DNA of 64,000 nucleotides, from NCBI GenBank assembly GCA_964187785.1, contig OZ076409.1, positions 3,908,001-3,972,000 of the forward strand. The letters are read 5' to 3'. Shown piece by piece: positions 59,494 to 64,000 of this stretch. The translations under genes were made by a program, and so were the position numbers. The notes under the pieces were generated by a model. The model was given only the letters and a program-made list of their open reading frames with translations, was not told the origin of the DNA and did not search any database. This stretch comes from Amphiscolops sp. MND2022. Its lineage: Eukaryota. The stretch's first letter is position 1. The number at the start of each line of letters is the position of its first letter.

Positions 59494-61332
59494 GTGAATT
59501 CCCAAATAACATAAGAGCAAATAACAAAAACTAAATTAGTTTCAATTAACAAAAATAAAATTGTTTACGAGAAAGTTCAGATCTTAGCGGCTAATTCCCC
59601 CTCGATTTAATTTCCCAGTTTTTATTACTCTATACATGTATTACTCCACTTATTTCATAACACTACCTGCAACTGAAACTCATCGCTGATTTTGGTGGGG
59701 GGTTAGAGGTTAAAATATTCTCGCTTACTGTAGGGAAGGGGGTTGGTTAAAACTTTCTCCCTTACTGAGGGGAATTAACAAAAAAGATCCAATTGTTTTG
59801 ATATTCAAAAGCATTCACAATTCAAAAGATTCACGGATAAAAGTATAAGAACTTCAGTTAAAATTTCATGGGTTCCATTGCTTAACCGTTGAAAATGAAG
59901 TACGATCTTCTAGAAGTTTGTCAGATTTTCCTAGTTTTTCTCGAGCAAAAAATCCTCGCTAAAGTACCTTTTTTGGAAGTGACTCGACGTAAACAATTTG
60001 AAAGTTATCAATACACTTTTTGAAAAAAACTGCCCTAAAATTGTAAACAGAATCTGCTTCTAAAGTGAAAAGTCAATTACAGTAGGGGGCTTTAATTAAC
60101 ACCTCCAGGGGCAGTTAATTTTAAACTGATAAATTCTTGAAAAAATGCAAAAACAGTTTCTTCTTGGAGTTTGGGATTGAAATTGAAACAAGTAGAAGTT
60201 GAGAGAATAGTTGGATTGTGAAAGATTTTGGGCATTAAAATTGTTTCAAAATTGTTCGATCTGATTTTATAGGGGAATCCTTCTGGTCCAAACTTGGAAC
60301 CAATCTTAATTATCCAAAACAAAAATCAAACCAAAGACAATTTTTCAACTAAAATTTTGTTTCCGAAAACAAATAGGTCAACTTACCAATAAAATTGGCT
60401 CCGGGTAATGTCCGTTAATTGGCTGGGGGTATTACCGGCTGCTGGCTGTTGGGTGTCTTCTAAACTTTGGCTTGTTAATGAGAGAGTGAGAGATTTGGCT
60501 TGTTAATATGAGTGAGTGATTTGGCTTGTTAATCAGGCAACAGTACAGTGCGAACGATAGGAAAAGAGGTATGGCAATGAAAACTACCAATCAGTTGATG
60601 TGTGTGATACGCGCCGCCGATAGGAGCCTCTGATTAGCCAATAGGAATCACACACTGTTGGAACAGTCATCAGTTTGATACGAGTTGCTGATACTCGCCG
60701 CTGATTAGTCAACAGAAATTACTCACGGCTGGAACAGTTAGGATTTTTTTGATACGAGGCGCTGATACGCGACGCTGGTTGAAACTGTAAACTTTTTGAT
60801 AAGCGATGACCGATAAGACAAAAACAACTATTTCTTTTAGAGTGATTCCCTCACAAAGTTGATTCCCTCAGTTGAAAAAGATTGTGAAATATTCAAAAGG
60901 ATATCCTTTTGATTATGTTTTCTATTATTGTGCATCTTTCCTGTTAATTCCCCCCATCCACAGTGAGCGTGGAATTCTCAATTCCCCACCAGTGAAAACA
61001 ATAGGTGAAAATATCGTTGAAATACTGGGGGGGTATTAAATTACTGGGGGGAGGGGAGGAAATAACAGAAAAAGTCCAATATTCAATTCAACCAAAATCT
61101 TTTCAATTCCATCCCATGTGAATCGATGAAAGATTTGGTATAATATATTCAAGTCAAAACTAAGGAATATTAGAAAATGGTAAATGCTGTAATGGTAACA
61201 ATATAGGTGAAAAAAATTCCGTCACTATTTGGGGAAATTCAAAAAGATATCCCATTGATTAGGTTTGTCCTTGAATATGTGCTTTCGTGATTGGAACGGG
61301 GTGTTTGTTGCTGGTCAAAAACTTTCTGGTCG

Positions 61333-61800
61333 CTAAAAAGCTTCTCGATTCGACCCACGATAGGGAAAAAAATCTCCCAACTTCCACTCTAAATATTAAA
61401 ATTTAATTTTTTTTTAAATACAAATTTATTCCAGTATAAATGTAGTATTTCACTATTGTATATCACTATAGTATAAGTGTACTCCAATATAGTATAGTAT
61501 AGTTTGTATTAGAGTAAAGTAAAGTACAAGTATCCTGAATCTTTTCAATTGCATTCTCATTGACTATTTCAAAGAAATTTTCAATTTTATCATCTAAAAA
61601 GCTTCACGATTCGACCCACGCATGGATTCAAAATCTCCCGATTTCCACTCTACTTTTCAAAATAAATTTTTCATATTTAAATAGTTTATTCCAGTTGGTA
61701 TAATTGTAGAATTTCACTATTGTTTATCACTATAGTATAAATATTTTCCACTATAGTATAGTATGGTGTATAATATAGTATTAATAAAGTATAATAAAGT
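61333..61800. repeat. ~265-bp diverged tandem duplication
   Basis: aaaaagcttc.cgattcgacccacg..aaaatctccc.a.ttccactcta...cactatagtataa occurs twice. Confidence 0.75.
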
Positions 61801-64000
61801 ATTGAAAGAAAATAATCTTTTTCATTTTTTCAAATTCATATCCAAATTTCATTTTTCCAAATTCAAACGCAGCTGGTATATTTGTAGTACCATAGTATAG
61901 TAGAGTCTTGAAATAAATTTATCAACAATATAAAGATGAAAAGAAGACAAGCCGACAATTTTACAGAAAGTGAGACATTGATTGGAACTTGTTTGTGGTA
62001 ATTGACTTTGTATTTACTCTCTGGCTTGTTAATTTGATTTCAGCTATTCAAAGTGTAAGTGAAAACTAAGACGCTAAAGTTTACAACCATCTGATTGGTT
62101 GTAATGCACTTTGTGGAATCTAAGACAAAAATTTGCCGGCATCTTGTCGGCATATTTTTGGTCCCAGTTTCCGCAATTTGAAACCGGCTTACGTATTAAC
62201 CCACACCCTCGGATTCCGAAAAACGCCGATTTTCGTGGCGTGGATCCCGCAAAATCAGTGCTAATTTGTCAATTTTACACGCTTTAAGACCTGTCTGCAG
62301 AATCGGAGGACATACACGCGCAGAAAAGTGTCTGTGGCGATTTAGCTTCCAGATGCAGTGTAATGTAACCCCAAACACTCTGGCTGGGTCTCCTAATTTT
62401 AAACTTTGCTGGAACCACTAAGTCATTGGGGACTTAAAATTAGATCCAATTTAGTTGTTATTTTTGTGGCATTTACGTACACATTTTCCGCTTACCCATT
62501 CCTTAAAACTGTTCACTAAAACACAATATTCTTCCTTCAACCAATTTTAAATTGATAAATAAAACGCAATAAATTCCTTCAACCAATATTTTTAAGTGTG
62601 CACTATCGCGTTTGATAGATTTTCATTTTCAATCTTACATTACACCGATTAATACTATAGAGGTTAGTGCAGTTTTCCTTAATGTCAATATTTTTAATTG
62701 GTAAAACCGTTCATTATTTGTTTTGTTGTTAATGTTTAGTTGTGAAAAATTGGTAATTTAGATAGTATGCATTGAAAATATGCTTATTTTAACTGTTTTA
62801 TTGGTCCGATAAAATTGGTATTATATTTCATACTTGTAAAACATGGCTAATTTTTGATGATATAGATTGAAAATACGCTTATTTTAATTGTCTGACTGCC
62901 CAGGATCGGGATTTCCCACACTACTAATTACGTCGGTGACGCTGTTTCTCAACCGTACGGAGGCAGCTGTTACTGGTATCAAACATTCAAGAAAAGATTT
63001 GTTTTTGTTTTTGAGTTCGAACGCTCTTTTGACACTTGAAAAATGGTAGTAGTTGTTGTAGCGATCACTTAGTGAGAGACTAAAACTGAAGATAATGGAC
63101 AAGTTTGTTTCTCAGTGGGCAATATTCAGCCCATGATAAATATGAAGAATGTCAAAGAATGTTGGTTTTCGCGAAGAAACGCACTCTTAATGACGTATAC
63201 CCTATAGGCGTATTTCACTGATTCAAAACAGTGAATACCTGGATGGAAGTGGCGCAAATATTGGTAGATTCGTTCGGAGCAAAAAGTTGTTTCAAAATAC
63301 TTTCAACATCTCCAAATTAATCACAGAAGAGACCTGTACCTGGACCTCAGAAAGCAACATGTGTCCAAAAAGTGCATCACCCACATGCGTGGAAATTGTG
63401 CTTCCAAAGAAGTGTTTATCAGCTAATTTCCCGAGAGTTTCACCTACAATGTTTTGTTGTACTTGTTATATTAGAGGATAAAAAGAAAACAGGTTTCGGA
63501 ATGAACATTGCCAATACTTGTTTCGAATAAGTTTTCTTTCTAACCACAATTTGTTGAAACACTTTTCAAAATAAAAGAAAAGACATTTGCGAGAGTATTT
63601 GGTGAGGCGTTTTTGACCAATACAACAGTTTTATGGTCGCACTAATTGCTTCATTATTGAAAAGGAACAGAATGCAAACGATGAAATCAAACTCTCAAAA
63701 AAATGGACCAAGATAGTTTTTTTAAAGATCGTAGTAAATAGTAAAGAAAAGACGGAAGAGACGAAGCGCTAATCATCTAAGGGACCTACCTTGATCACTT
63801 ACAACGGCGGAACGGCTGCCCAGGACATCATCGTAAAGGTCTTTCCGGTCCTTTCGTATTAATCCGTGCAAGATTGCAGCAATCAGAAGCATTGACGCTG
63901 AAACCAGAAAATGTCGAATGTTCAAACTTGTGTAAACATAAAACAAAAAGATAGGAAAAAGCGACGACTCATATCAGGTTTCCCAATTGGTTACAAATAC

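Noticed and set aside
62180..63480. Possible host gene fragments on the minus strand
   Set aside because: Short, stop-interrupted, and no motif I can identify.

Overview
AT-rich eukaryotic DNA, probably from an invertebrate animal. Spliceosomal GT-AG introns are present, no intact host gene is recognisable, and the window is almost entirely nested, decayed mobile elements. Left half (1-29.5 kb): degenerate Ty3/Gypsy remnants alternate with two copies of a Polinton/Maverick-like (adintovirus-type) segment encoding an adenain-like protease and a penton-like protein. The first copy is split by a near full-length BEL/Pao element (5764-14185) and an internally deleted Gypsy element (14891-18667). 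Right half: the main result is a candidate ~23.7 kb cut-and-paste DNA transposon (33817-57484). It has 23-bp imperfect TIRs (CATYACGATACATRTCCC..GCAA), a 2-bp TSD (AC) and an empty site that can be reconstructed. It carries a RAG1/Transib-like DDE transposase with a C-terminal BRCT domain, a PR-Set7-like SET-domain gene, a C2H2-zinc-finger + KDM2/7-type JmjC gene and an orphan gene. It sits inside an intron of a paralogous ZnF-JmjC gene, which lies next to a second, diverged transposase-BRCT gene. This suggests a family of large transposons carrying histone-modifier cargo. All copies here have stops or frameshifts. Domain calls are by-eye motif recognition, no searches were run, and some boundaries are approximate.
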